64,000 nucleotides of DNA from Mobula hypostoma (GCF_963921235.1 NC_086097.1:40984001-41048000), one strand, 5' to 3'; shown: positions 1 through 11,537, numbered from the stretch's first letter. Notes: a model not told the origin generated them from the sequence alone. Translations and numbers: made by a program.

Positions 1-59
1 AAAATATATCCAGGGCAGTGTTTCGCCATCAGACAGCAATGCGTAAAAAATAAATGTTC

Positions 60-1213
60 TTCTACCTACTGAACAGAGCTTACTCCCATTTGGATAAGCA
101 GGGCAGCGCTGTGAAGATCCGTGTTTTTTTGATTTCTCAAGTGCCATCATTACTGTACAGCCCTCACTGCAGGGGGAAAAGTCCCATTCAATGCAGATTG
201 GTTTTTCCATTGTATCCTGGATAATGGACAACCTGACTGGCACCACAGTCTGTGCAGCTTCAGAGCTGTGTGTCAGACATGGCTATAAGCAGCACTGTTG
301 CCCCATAGGGAACTGTATTGGCTCCTTTCCTGTTTATCCTGTACACCTTGGACTTCAGATACAACGCAGAATCATGTCATCTGCAGAAAGTCTCTGATGA
401 CTCAGCAATAGCTGTGTGTTTAAAGGGAGGACGGGAGGATGAATACAGGGCCCTGGTGGAGGACTTTCTCAAATAGTGAAAGCTAAATCATCTGCAGCTC
501 AACATTAGTGAGACAAAGGATATGAAGATGGACCTTAGGAAAACTAAGTTTGCACTGCTCCCTGTTACTATTGATGGTGAATACCTACAAGTACATGGAG
601 TGCACCTGGATGACAGACATGAGTGGAGCACCAACACAGAGGCTGTGTACAAGAAGGGCCAGAGTTGCCTCTACTTCATAAGAAGACCGAGGTCCTTTGG
701 AGTATACAGGCCTCTCCTTCACATGTTCTACCAGTCTGTTGTCACCCGTACAGTCTTCTGTGTGGTGGTGTGCTGGGGCAATGGCATCAACATGGGTGAT
801 GCCAACAGATTCAATAAACTGATTAGAAAGATGGGTTCTGTTATAAGAGTCAAACTGGACACACTGGAGGATGTGGTAGAACAAAGGACCCTACAGAAAT
901 TCCTGACAATTCTGGAGAATGCTTTTCACCCTCTGCATGCCAAATTGGCTGGACAGATTAGCATCTTTTAATAATGGACTAAGACAACTGCACTGTGCCA
1001 AAGAGCGCTATATAAGGTCATGCTTACCCTCGGCCATTAGGCTCTATAATACGTTAATCTATAGATGGGAAGTGATAACCCCTCCTGTTAGACTGTTTGT
1101 GGTAACTTATTTTTTATTCTTTCTACTTCTCTACTAATATTTATATCTGCGCACTTGTAATGCTACTGTGTCACTGTAATTTCCTTTGGGATCAATAAAG
1201 TATCTATCTATCT
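60..1213 (+). mobile_element. Rex1/Babar-type LINE, decayed 3' portion (RT, C-terminal domain, tail)
   Basis: Broken frames read RAYSHLDK..FFDFSSA, GTVLAPFLF.LYT, an xSDD-type RT motif near 385-400 and HLQLNIS. ORF 522-971 has KKGQSCLYFIRR..MFYQSVV..WG. Ends with GGGATCAATAAAG(TATC)n. Confidence 0.8.
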
Positions 1214-1340
1214 TTCATAATTCCTTTTGTTGGGGCTTCTTGTGCATAATTTAGCTGCCACATCTCCTACATGGCTGTAATGAGTACATTTCAAAACCTG
1301 TTCCATTGGCTGAACAGCATTCAGAGGTGGCTTAAGTAAA

Positions 1341-1627
1341 TCTATTTATTCATTTATTCAGATACAATGTGGAATATGCCCTTCCAGCCCTTCGAGCCAT
1401 GCCACCTGGCAAATCCCCCCGTTTAATCCATGGGACTATTTACAGTGACCAATTAACCTTTCAACCGGTACGTCTTTAGACTGTGGGAGGAAACCAGAGC
1501 AGCCTGAGGAAACCCATGTGGTCACGAGGAGAACATGCAAACTCCTTACAGGCAGTGGCGGGAATTGAACCTGGGTTGCTGGTACTGTAAAGTGTTGAGC
1601 TAGCCACTAGTCTACTGTGCCACCCCA
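1341..1627 (-). mobile_element. tRNA-derived V-SINE (HE1-like)
   Basis: Reverse strand has a tRNA-like head with B box GGTTCAATTCC, a V-domain-type core (GGGTTTCCTC..GCTCTGGTTTCCTCCCACAGTC), a CR1-like 3' end and an A-rich tail. Confidence 0.8.
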
Positions 1628-3054
1628 CAATATGAAACAAAAGGCTCTACCAAATCTAAATCTTTCTATTTGTCCTGATAAAAAAAAGCACAATATAAAT
1701 ACTGCAATACTGCTTGTGCAATGAAAATTAAATATCTTAGTGTACTAATTTTGTTTCATTTGGCTTTAATTCTATAAAAGGCAAATATTGAAGATCTCAT
1801 TATTTTCTATTAAGAGTTAGCTTCCAGTTAAAAATGTCTAAGTACTGATTGAAGGGTTATTCTCCTCAAAGGTGGATTTCACTCATTTGCAGATTTCTCT
1901 CTTCCTTAAAAACACCGTGGCATCAACAACGCAGATTTATTTACCATCTGCAAAGTGACTCAGTGATCCACAAGTAAAGCATTCTTATTGACCTGTCATT
2001 TATCCACTTAGTTATGCATTGGGGAATAGATCAGATTGTGTTTATGGTGAACATGGCAGGATAGATGAGAAATACCCAGTGCTTTTTTTTTCTAACCTGT
2101 GTTCAACTCACGACTGTATTCATTTTATTAATCAGCTTGTCCATTTCATAAAAATGGGACTGAAGAGAGGCTTATTGTTGTGTGACAAATTATGTGTTAT
2201 AATCTGCTCTTGATTGTGGGGAATAAATTGTGAGGGTATTCACTATAAACCTATTATTATGGCTTTCATGGTATCGGTTACTCATCTGGGTTTCAGATTT
2301 CATTGATTCAAAGGAAGGTCCCACCACTATAATTTAGTTTAAAAATTGCAGCATTCCACAACGACCAGCATTGCAGCTCCTCAAACCTGCTCCAGCTGTC
2401 AGCTTTACACTTCGACTTGCAATTTAGAAAAAAAACATCTGCACCCAGAAGTCATTTTGCCTTCCAAATTTAATTTGTAGTTCAGTCTGTGAAGTTGTGC
2501 TTGCAGTAGAATAAATAATATGGCAAATTGGATTAACGTATAATTACATCTTTTGTTTTGATAGTCAAATTAACATTTAAAAATACAGAACCCTTAGTGT
2601 TATGAATTCAATATTTGAGTTAAAAAATTACCTGCAACCACTCGGCCAGGCCGCAGAGAAAATGATTTGGCAATTAAACACAAGTTTACAAACCTTTATA
2701 ATATTATATAATATTGCAAGGATTTTAATCTGAATATTACTTTTTGTTATTTGTTCTATAAAATTAGATCCTGATTGGATGGTTCTGAGAATGAGATACT
2801 CTGATTTCACAGTTTAATATTTTACTGATTTCTGAGCATTTTTCTATTTTAGAATGACAGCAACATAACTGTTCTAATTCTAACAGTCCTCAAGTGATAA
2901 CGAGGTGAGGGGGAAACAAAAAACAAAATTAAAAGATTTTATTTTACAACAGAAGTTTTAGTTTTAAGTTTTATTTTTATTGGATGTAATTGAATTGGTT
3001 AGAGGATTTTGAACTAGAATTTTGGATATCACCTGAAATATAATTGTTAACTGT

Positions 3055-3228
3055 TGTGTACATACATCTATTGATGCTTCTGGACACATCTTTAGTGATG
3101 TTCCTGGAATCATCGGGTGTTTCGGGTCTTTCAACATCATACAACCTCCTCCAGGTGACCAAGCCGGGGCTGATCAGACCCCAGCTTGTGTCCAGATGGC
3201 TAGCTACTTATGACTCCATGGCTCCCCT
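3055..3228 (-). repeat. 3' copy of the 174-bp terminal direct repeat (last codons plus 3' UTR)
   Basis: Aligns without gaps to 6692-6865; 6 mismatches by hand count. Confidence 0.95.
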
Positions 3229-6200
3229 CTTTTGAGCCACAGCCATCTTGAGGCCCTCTCTGCCGCATCAGTGGTACTGCGGATGGCTCTCCTCTTGCTC
3301 TCTCCCTCGATGCCCAAAATGCTGAAGGCTCTAACTAAAGAACGGGCTACGAATCCCTACAACCAACCTCCACTGGGAGACACCTCGCTCTCCATCCAGC
3401 CTGCTGACAGTTGCTGACCAGTCCTGCGTACTTGGAGAGCTTCCTTTCAAAGGCCTCTTCCAAGCTATCTTCCCATGGGACTGTCAGCTCCAGCAACACC
3501 ACTTGCTTAGTAGACTCAGACACTAGGACAATGTCTGATCACAGGGTGGTGGCTGTGATATGGCTGGGGAACTTCAGCTGCCGTTCGAGGTCCACCAACA
3601 GCTGCCAGTCCCTTGCAGAGGTCAGAATGCCTGCAGATGTTCTTTTGGCGGGTATTGGCTGCTCCCCAGCTCTGACAAAGGCAATGGTCTGCTTGGAGGG
3701 TCGGGACCACTTCACCCACTCAACTCCTGCGCTGACGGCTTCAGCGATGGTCTTCAGGACCCGATCATGCCTCCACCTGTACCGTCCCTCACCAAGTGCC
3801 CTTGCACAGCCGCTGAGGATGTGCTCAAGGGTTCCTCTCTTGGAGCACAGTGGGCGCACAGGTGACTCTGCCTTGCCCCATGTGTGCAGGTTTGATGGGC
3901 TTGGAAGCACATCGTACACTGCCTGGATGAGAAATTGGATGCGGTGTGGTTCGGCTTTCCAAAGATCAGCCCAGGTCACTTTCCTCTCAACCGCATTCTC
4001 CCATCTTGTCCAAGCTCCCTGTTGCTTCATTCCCACCGCCTTGCAGGCTCTCATCGCCTCCACTACTGCTCGCACCTCCTCCTGAACTAGACGACGCCTT
4101 TCCTTCCCTCTGGTGTCCATTTGGGGAGTTGGAAAGGATCCTAGCCCAGCTCGGCCTTGTGTGACCACTCCCACCAGCCTCCTGTGATGCAGCCTCGCCT
4201 CTGCCTCCTGAATAGCTTCCTCTGCCCTCCACTTCCTGCCAGTACTTACTTGGATCCCTGCTCTAGCCACCTTCGGGACATTTGAGTCCCTATACTGTAG
4301 CACTTCTCTGGCTCTTGTTACCTTGAATTCTTCCTCCAAGGATTTGAAGGACAGTTGCAGTTTGTTGTGGTGTCCATAGAGTGCGATGCTGCTCAGGCTC
4401 TTTGGCAGCCCCAGCCATCTCCTGAGGTGGTTGCTAACCCTCCTCTCTAAGGTTTCGACTGTCGAGATCGGAACTGCATAGACGAGGAGGGGCCACAGGA
4501 TTCTGGGAAGAATGCCAAGCTGATACACCCAGGCTTTAAACTTCCCAGGTAGGCCAGACTTGTCCATAGATTTCAGCCAGCTATCCAACTCGGTGCAGGT
4601 TGCCTGAATGGATGTTGTGTCCCTTAAAGAGCTGTCAAAAACTTTGCCTAAGCTCTTGACTGGCTTTTCTGTGATGGTTGGGATGGCTGTGCCTGCGATG
4701 CTGAACCGGAACTTGTTCTCCACATTCCCTTTCCGCAGCACCATCGATCTTGATTTGGCAGGTTTGAAACGCATCCGGGCCCACTCCACCAGCTTTTTGA
4801 GCCCTTGCAGAATCCTCCGGCAGCCTGGGACTGATTCTGTGGTGACTGTGAGGTCATTCATGAATGCCCTGATAGGTGGTTGCCGTTGAGCGGAATTCAT
4901 TCTGGGCCCTCTGGACTCTGGTTCAGCAGACTTAGTGAGCATGTTCATGGCTAGGGAGAACAGTGTCACTGAGATAGTGCACCCTGTAATGATGCCGACC
5001 TCCACCTTGTGCCAGGTTGAAGTAATTGCTCCTGAAGAGACCCTCATCCTGAAGTTGCTGTAATAATCAGTGATAGGGTCTCTGATTCTGCTGGGGGGCA
5101 TGATATTTGGTCAGTGTGAGCTGCACCAGCTTGTGCGGAATGGAGCCATATGCATTTGACAGGTCGAGCCACAATACTGACAGGTTGCCCTTGTTCTCTC
5201 TGGCCTCCTTGATGAGCTGTGTTACCACACCGATGTGCTCCAGACAGCCCGGCATCCCTGATATGCCACCCTTCTGGACTGATGTATCAATATAGGTGTT
5301 CTGTGCTAGGTAGGTGCACAGCCGGTTGGAAACTGCACTGAAGAAGATCTTCGCCTTGACACACAGCAGGGAGATGATGCGAAACTGATCTATCTGGGTG
5401 GCATTTTCCTCCTTCGGGATCCACACCCCTTCAGCCACTCTCCACTGTTCTGGGATCTTCCCCCTTCTCCAGAAGATTCTCAGGATCTTCCACAGACGCA
5501 GCAGGAGTTTGGGGCAGTTCTTGTACACTTTGTACAAGGTGTTGCTTGGTCCTGGAGCCGAGCTTGCCCTTGCTTTGCGGACGACCTCTCTGACTTCCTT
5601 TAGTTGCAGCTCTGACACGTCGAACTGCACATCCGGTTCAGGTGGGTCTATTAGGATGTCGCACTCTCCCATCTCCTGCTCTCTTTCAGGATCAATGTAC
5701 ATCTTCTTCAGATGTTGGTCTATGTCTTCCTGCGAACAGGCCAGTTTCCCACTGCGCTTCTCCCCCAGCAACTCCTTGGTGAACTTGAAGGGGTTGGCGA
5801 TAAAGGCAGCACATTTTCGGGCCCTTTCACGACGCTGCCTCCGATGCCACTCTGCCCGGCAGAGGACCCTGATCTTCTTTCGTAGTATGCACATCAGCTG
5901 GGCCAAGCCCACGTGCTCCTCTTCTCCTGCCTCCTTGTGTTGGGACTTCAGCGCTTTCATCTCCTGCCTGATGTTGTGGATCCTCAGTGCTGTTTGGTTC
6001 TTCGAGTAAGATGTTTTGGAGCCTTCCTTCTCCTCTTCTCCGAACCGTTCAGCTGCGATACTAACATTAATTGTTGTCATAACTTGAAGCTTCCTATCAA
6101 CCCCTCCCTTTGCCGTTGCCTCCAGAATTTGGTTAACATCTTCATCAAACTGCTTCCACAGTGAAGTCATGTTAGCTGCAGGCCATTTGATCCACCTCCT

Positions 6201-6704
6201 GTTAGACTTCATGTTCGAGGGATTAGTTTGCAACACTTGGAGGTTCTGGGCACTATGGGGTGACTCTGGGCCTGGCCCCTCCTTCGTCTCACCAGGTTGG
6301 ACACCTGCGCGTTGTGCTGCTCCTGCTCCCGCCAAACACTTCATCCTCGCTTGGTGGATCTTCAAGCCGCGATCGTTCTTGCAGATTTTGCCACATGCAC
6401 ACTGGTTCCTCATCGTCGTTTGTTCATTGCCTGGGTCTGATGTCGTTGTGTCCATCTGACTGGGGTACTCATCCTCCCCCCTTCTCGGGCACCCCTGGGG
6501 GTATCTTTTCCTTAGATTTTTTGTGGCTTTTGTGGGGGTCCTCCTCTCAGAGGACGCAGATTGGGTTGCCAGCCCGTTCTGCCCTGGTTGCCGTCTCTCC
6601 GGGCTGTCACTGACTCTCCAGTCGTCACCACTCTTTTCGTGGTTGTCACCCAGTCTTTCCTGGTTGTCACTGATTAACTCAGGGTGTAAGCTGTGTACAT
6701 ACAT
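3204..6704 (-). pseudogene. Disrupted single ORF (ZnF-RT-RLE) of the HERO-like element
   Basis: ORFs 5067-6704 and 3539-5101 join through an extra base in the G6 run at 5093-5098. Premature TGA at 3539-3541. One-base deletion near 3355. The frame ends ..ERASRWLWLKRGEPWSHK* at 3204. Confidence 0.85.
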
Positions 6705-6865
6705 CTATTGATGCTTCTGGACACATCTTCAGTGATGTTCCTGGAATCATTGGGTATTTTGGGTCTTTCAACATCATACAACCTCCTCCAGGTGACCGGG
6801 CCGGGGCTGATCAGACCCCAGCTTGTGTCCAGATGGCTAGCTACTTATGACTCCATGGCTCCCCT
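6692..6865 (-). repeat. 5' copy of the 174-bp terminal direct repeat
   Basis: Aligns without gaps to 3055-3228. Confidence 0.95.
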
Positions 6866-6939
6866 AACACTCACCCTTTCCACTTATCAGTTATTTGATC
6901 TCAGACTGTGATTTCTTAAGGTGCTGAGGTTTTTTTAAG

Positions 6940-7480
6940 GAACAGGAGTAGGCCATTCAGACCTTTTTGACTCCATTACCAGTTAGATACAATTCATATC
7001 TCTGACCATGGTCTCAAACCCACTTTTCTCTCTGCTGCCCAGACTCCTTATTTCCCAATAGTTCAAAAGTACATCCCACTTAACTGTGATCCGTGCTTCA
7101 GAACTGTGGTAGAGAATTCTTAGGATGCAAAATCCCAAGACAAGAAAGACATCCGCAGCTCCCTCATCCCCCACATTCTAAAACTGCTTATTCAGCTTCC
7201 TTGTTTGAGATAGCCTCATTAACTCAAAGAGGGGCGTCATCCTCTCAGCATCCATCCAGCCAATCCTACTCAGAGCCTTATTTTTCAAAAGATTACCTCT
7301 CCTCCTTCTATTCAGGCCTGACCTGTTCCCAAAACAACCCTCTCATTCTAGGAATCAACAGTGTGAATCTTCTCAAAACTATCTCTAATGCATGTAAATT
7401 CATAAATAAACATGGTGAATCTGTATGTAGTGGCCCAATGCCTTTTGTAGTTGTAGCAAAACTTCCCCTTTAAAGACCGT
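6940..7480 (-). mobile_element. Old CR1-type LINE 3' fragment
   Basis: Begins GGAACAGGAGTAGGCCATTCAG, as do other CR1 3' ends in the window; heavily decayed. Confidence 0.5.
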
Positions 7481-8574
7481 TGGTTTATCCTTTTATCTAT
7501 TAGTGAATCCGTCTATACTCATGACTGCTGAAATTCCTTTGATAAAGGTGCACCCGCTATACTGTTGGAAAGGGAATTCCAGAATTTTGATCCAGCAATA
7601 ACAGAGGAATAGGGATATATTGTAAGGTGAGTGTGATGTGCAAATTGGAAGGTGGCAAGGGTAAGTGGTGGTGCTTCTGTACATCTGCAGCCCTTGCAAT
7701 TGGAGATAGAGGTTTTGAGTTTGAGAAGTACTATCAGAATAGCCCGGGTAAATAACTAGAGTGCATTTTCTAAATACTGCAGCTCTGTGCAATGGTGATC
7801 TTCAAAGGCCTACTAAACTTTGTCAAACACTTTTTTTTCCTTTCATACAGCCACGTTTAATCCATTTAGAATGATGTACTAACTCTTCTGTTACTTCTTC
7901 AGCGATGAATTTCAACATTTTCCCAAAAGCATGATGACCAGGTTAACCAAAGTTAACTGAGTGTACTCCTGTGTTCTTGTAAAATTATTATTTTTAGAAG
8001 TTATCACTAACAAGGAACAGAGACAATGACAAAACATTGTTGTGGAGTATTTTGTTACTCTGATGCTACTGCTGTAATATTTTAGTGTGGTATGTTTCAT
8101 TAGTGTGTCAGTCAGAAGGTATTCCAGGTAGTTTATGTGGCCTACTTGCCCATCTAATTAAATCAGCAAGAACAGAAGCAGAGGCTTTGAAAGTAAGTGA
8201 ACTTTTCAAGTTTAAAAGGACCCAAGATGCATGAAGTCTAGCAAAATAATGCCATGTTACCCCAGATCTGTCCTCTCCAGCTGCTTACCCAATGGATCAC
8301 CCAGTTAACCTCCCCTCAGTCTTCTGCTCCAGAGTTGTAATTTCCATTGGAGTCTCATTCACGCTAATTCAGTCTGACAATTAAAATGATTTACTCTTGA
8401 ACCTGGGTAGATCCCAGAGCATAGTACATACCAAAACTCAGCCGTTTCACAAATCAACCTCAGCTTGTATTCTCCATTTTCAAACCACAGGTGGTAAGTG
8501 AGCTGAGAAATATTGCAGCAAAGTTCAATCCTAGTGTATGGTTTTAATTAAAGATGGTGAGGGAAGGAGTTGAA

Positions 8575-8786
8575 TATAAAATATTGCAGTTTCTGCATAA
8601 AGTGAAAGGAAAATAAATAACTTTCAGCACATCAAACAGCCTTGGTGGAGAGAAATACATAGGATTAATGCTTCAAGCCAAGGACTCTGGATCAGAACAG
8701 TCAATTGGTCATCAACTTGAAGCATTAAGTCCATCTTTCTCTCTGGAAAATACCCTAAACTGCTCACTGTTTGCAATATTTTTATA
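8575..8786. repeat. ~210-bp foldback (imperfect palindrome), probably an old Penelope-terminus derivative
   Basis: AAAATATTGCA (8578-8588) pairs with TGCAATATTTT (8772-8782); TTAATGCTTCAAG (8665-8677) pairs with CTTGAAGCATTAA (8716-8728). Confidence 0.7.
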
Positions 8787-9867
8787 TAAGATGAGCAATC
8801 CTAATCATCAGCCACCCTTGAACTTCAGCTGAATTCGGATAATTACTTGTGTTACCTTTTGCTGTTCAAAATATTAAAAAAGTGCATGTTTATTTTCTTA
8901 AAATCAATACAACTGATGAGCTTTATCAACATTATATTAACTCTTTGCAATGCATGCTGTTAAGATGAAATTTTAAAATAAAGTTCAATTTGAATATAAC
9001 TAGAAAAATTGACAGCATGCAATTCATGTGTAATGCTCTTGTGTCTTAAAATTATGTCCTCTTAAATGTTGTTTTGTTTACAATTTACATGTAAAATCCA
9101 TTTATAAATGTTAGACTAGGCATGCAATCATTTTTGGGTCGACTGGGAAAATTGGCCGGGGTATATCACTTTCACACATCTGATAACTGCTTGATGCAAG
9201 ATGCATATCTAATGACATCATTCAGTGCAAATGGACTTTTCCATATTTATGAAGAGAAATTGACTGTTGAAGATGTGGGATATTAATAGATGCAAATTAA
9301 AGACCATGGACACTAGATTTATTTTTTTCAGTACTCCACTTTTGTCCAGAAGCATCACTGACAGTGATGGCAGTGTGTCTATATTGTACAAGGTTCTGTG
9401 ATCACTGGCCCCCTTTATGAGCTCGTAGCTCAAAGTGGCTTGTGTCTATTTGCTGCAGGGGAATGAATCAGGTCACAACACAGTGGAAGACCATGTGAAC
9501 CCCCTTCACTACGTTTTCCCTCAGCAACTTGGCAAACGTTTATGCTGCTTTACTCTGAGTTCTGACTCATTTCCCAAGGGTTCATGTGACAGTGATATTA
9601 GATTAGATTATGAGGACACGCAGTCCTCTTTGTTATCGTCTTTGAACTGCAGAAGAAGCTGCTACCAGGAAAGTGGCTGAAAGATGGGGAAAAAGCTGAG
9701 TAAGGTTTTTGTGCTTATTTCAGGATGAAACAACTACAATTATTTTTAACCTTATTTTCATTAATTATGCTTTTTCTTGCGGGATTTCAGATTGAATAGT
9801 TTAGAGTCCAAAAAGCAGTGAACTTGTTGCTTGTGCCTGCTACATGTACAAATGAAATGATGCACTT

Positions 9868-10150
9868 AGAACTAGAGGTCCTCGAGGTTAAGGGTTAAAG
9901 GTGAAGTGTTTAGGGGAATATGGGGGGGATCTTCCTCAGTCAGCGGGTGGCGAGAATGTGTAACAAGCTGTCAATGGAAGTGGTGGATGCGGGCTAGATT
10001 TCAGCACTAAAGAGAAATTTGGATAGGCACATGGATAGGAGGGGTATGGAGGGCTCTAGGCAGGGCTCTGTGACTAGGCAGAATGATAGTTCGGCATGGG
10101 CTAGATGGACTGAAGGGTCTGTTTGTACACTCGTATTCTATGACTCTATT
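9868..10150 (+). mobile_element. CR1 LINE 3' end fragment
   Basis: Similar to the RTRGH..FFTQRVV..WN.L C-terminus and 3' UTR of other CR1 copies here; ends TATTCTATGACTCTAT. Confidence 0.7.
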
Positions 10151-10412
10151 TACTTGTGCATATGACAAGTTTGACTTTTCTTTCTAAGCATTACATTCTT
10201 TTTGAAATGTAAAATGTGATCAGTTGAAGAATATGATTTACATTCACACAGTAAAGGTTTGATATTATTGGATATTACTTAAACCCTTTCCATCTCAAAA
10301 CCTGACTTAATGGCTTTGATTATTGCACTTTAACCAATACTGATTTCCATTATGCTTTTAGACAACTTTTACAATCAGCTGATTTGAAATCAATGTTTGC
10401 TTTTTTAAACAG

Positions 10413-10545
10413 GGCGAAATAAAGATTCTGAAACTGAAGAACCTTCGGCCCAAGGATTATGCAAATTACAGTTGCATCGCATCAGTGAGAAATGTTTGTA
10501 ACATCCCCGACAAGATGGTCTCATTCAAGCTTAGCAATGCGACAG
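10413..10545 (+). CDS. MDGA2: MDGA2 internal exon, C-terminal half of an Ig domain (Ig2), 133 nt, phase 0 to 1
   Basis: Acceptor ttttttaaacAG, donor GTAGGT. Translates GEIKILKLKNLRPKDYANYSCIASVRNVCNIPDKMVSFKLSNAT, recognised as MDGA2-like with a D.A.Y.C Ig motif. Phase matches the next exon (G+CT=Ala). Confidence 0.93.
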
Positions 10546-10906
10546 GTAGGTCGTGTTATCAGTTCGTGTAGAAAGACGATGCCTGTCCGGTCACAGACTT
10601 AGTTCTCTTGATCCTCATTCTGCATCGACCAAGCTTTTTTTTAGATTTATTGTACTGCAGAAAGAACTCTGCAACTTCTCAGTGTGCAGGACTACACAAG
10701 TATAAAGTGATAGGCTTCTAAAAGGAACTAATGATCGATGTAAACGTTTGGAATGGGTATAGGCTCATTATCAGTCTCCAGCATGCCATCCACGCTGTGT
10801 CAAACTAGTGTCTTGGTTGTATCAGTGCACTGCACAGAGCAGGCAGTTTCATTTTTAATGCTGACAAAAGAGATTGCAAGTGTTGGAATCTGGAACAAAA
10901 TCATAC

Positions 10907-11195
10907 TGCCAGAATAGCGTAGTGGTCAGCACAAGGCTTTACAGTGCATGCAGCCCAAGTTCAATTCCCGCCACTGCCTGTAAGCAGTTTGTACGTTCTC
11001 CCCGTGGCCGCATGGGTTTCCTCCAGGTACTCCGGTTTCCTCCCACAGTCCGGAGACATTCTGGCTGGTAGGTTAATTGGTCATTGCAACTTGACCCATG
11101 TTAGGCTAGGATTGAATCAGGCGATTGCTGGGCTAAGTGGATCAAAGGGCCGATGGGGTCTGTTCCACACTGCAGCTCAACAAACAAATAAACAA
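10907..11195 (+). mobile_element. tRNA-derived V-SINE
   Basis: A box TAGCGTAGTGG (10915-10925), B box GTTCAATTCC (10959-10968), V-domain core, (ACAA)n-like tail. Confidence 0.8.
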
Positions 11196-11199
11196 AACT

Positions 11200-11535
11200 G
11201 CACAGTCTGTGGCGGCAGTGGGGTTAAGCTGATGTTCTAGACCGAGATTCTGCATCTGGATTCAGAGAGGAGCATTAACATTGCCAGCATATAGCAGGAG
11301 GATGGAAGGGTCGGACAGAGTTGGTAGGTCGAACAAAATGAGGGATGGGGTAGGAAATGGGTAAGTGGAACCAGATGAGGGAGAGGATGGGAAAGGTGAA
11401 CAAATTGAGAAGGCAACTAGGTGGGTAGGTGAGTGTGCATAGGAGGAGAGCGCCGGGGTGGGTGGGGGAGAGGAGGAGGAGAACGAGGGGTGTGGGTTAA
11501 CTGAAACTGGAAAATTCACTGTTTTTAACCTTGGA
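11200..11535 (-). mobile_element. Decayed Penelope pseudo-LTR fragment
   Basis: Purine-rich tract resembling 58540-58930 and 48490-48810. Confidence 0.5.
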
Positions 11536-11537
11536 AG

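Larger units (their letters stand above)
3055..6865 (-). mobile_element. HERO-like (R2 superfamily) non-LTR retrotransposon, near full length, with 174-bp terminal direct repeats
   Basis: N-terminal zinc finger (CACGKICKNDRGLKIHQARMKC). RT motifs QFRIISLL, WLDLSNAYGSIPH, GIITGCTIS, FMND. Zn knuckle (RPLC..GTLEHILSGC), RWRHD, and a PD-(D/E)xK-type RLE region (SDIVLVS..LLELTVPWE..K..KY). Confidence 0.88.

Noticed and set aside
3090..3145. Box C/D snoRNA reading of the terminal repeat (AUGAUGU..CUGA)
   Set aside because: Box C is imperfect, the motif is antisense to the host gene and part of a retroelement UTR, and the same bases are better explained by the helices described.
3411..6613. Long + strand ORFs (3411-4085, 5398-6009, 6260-6613)
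   Set aside because: Antisense shadows of the HERO-like ORF; no independent protein motifs.
6600..6680. CRISPR-like repeat-spacer array
   Set aside because: Units are only 18-21 nt and degenerate, in a eukaryotic retroelement, with no cas genes.
3030..6890. Target-site duplication or LTR-retrotransposon status for the HERO-like element
   Set aside because: Flanks share no convincing duplication. There is no PBS, PPT, integrase or TG..CA pair, and the protein is RLE-type.
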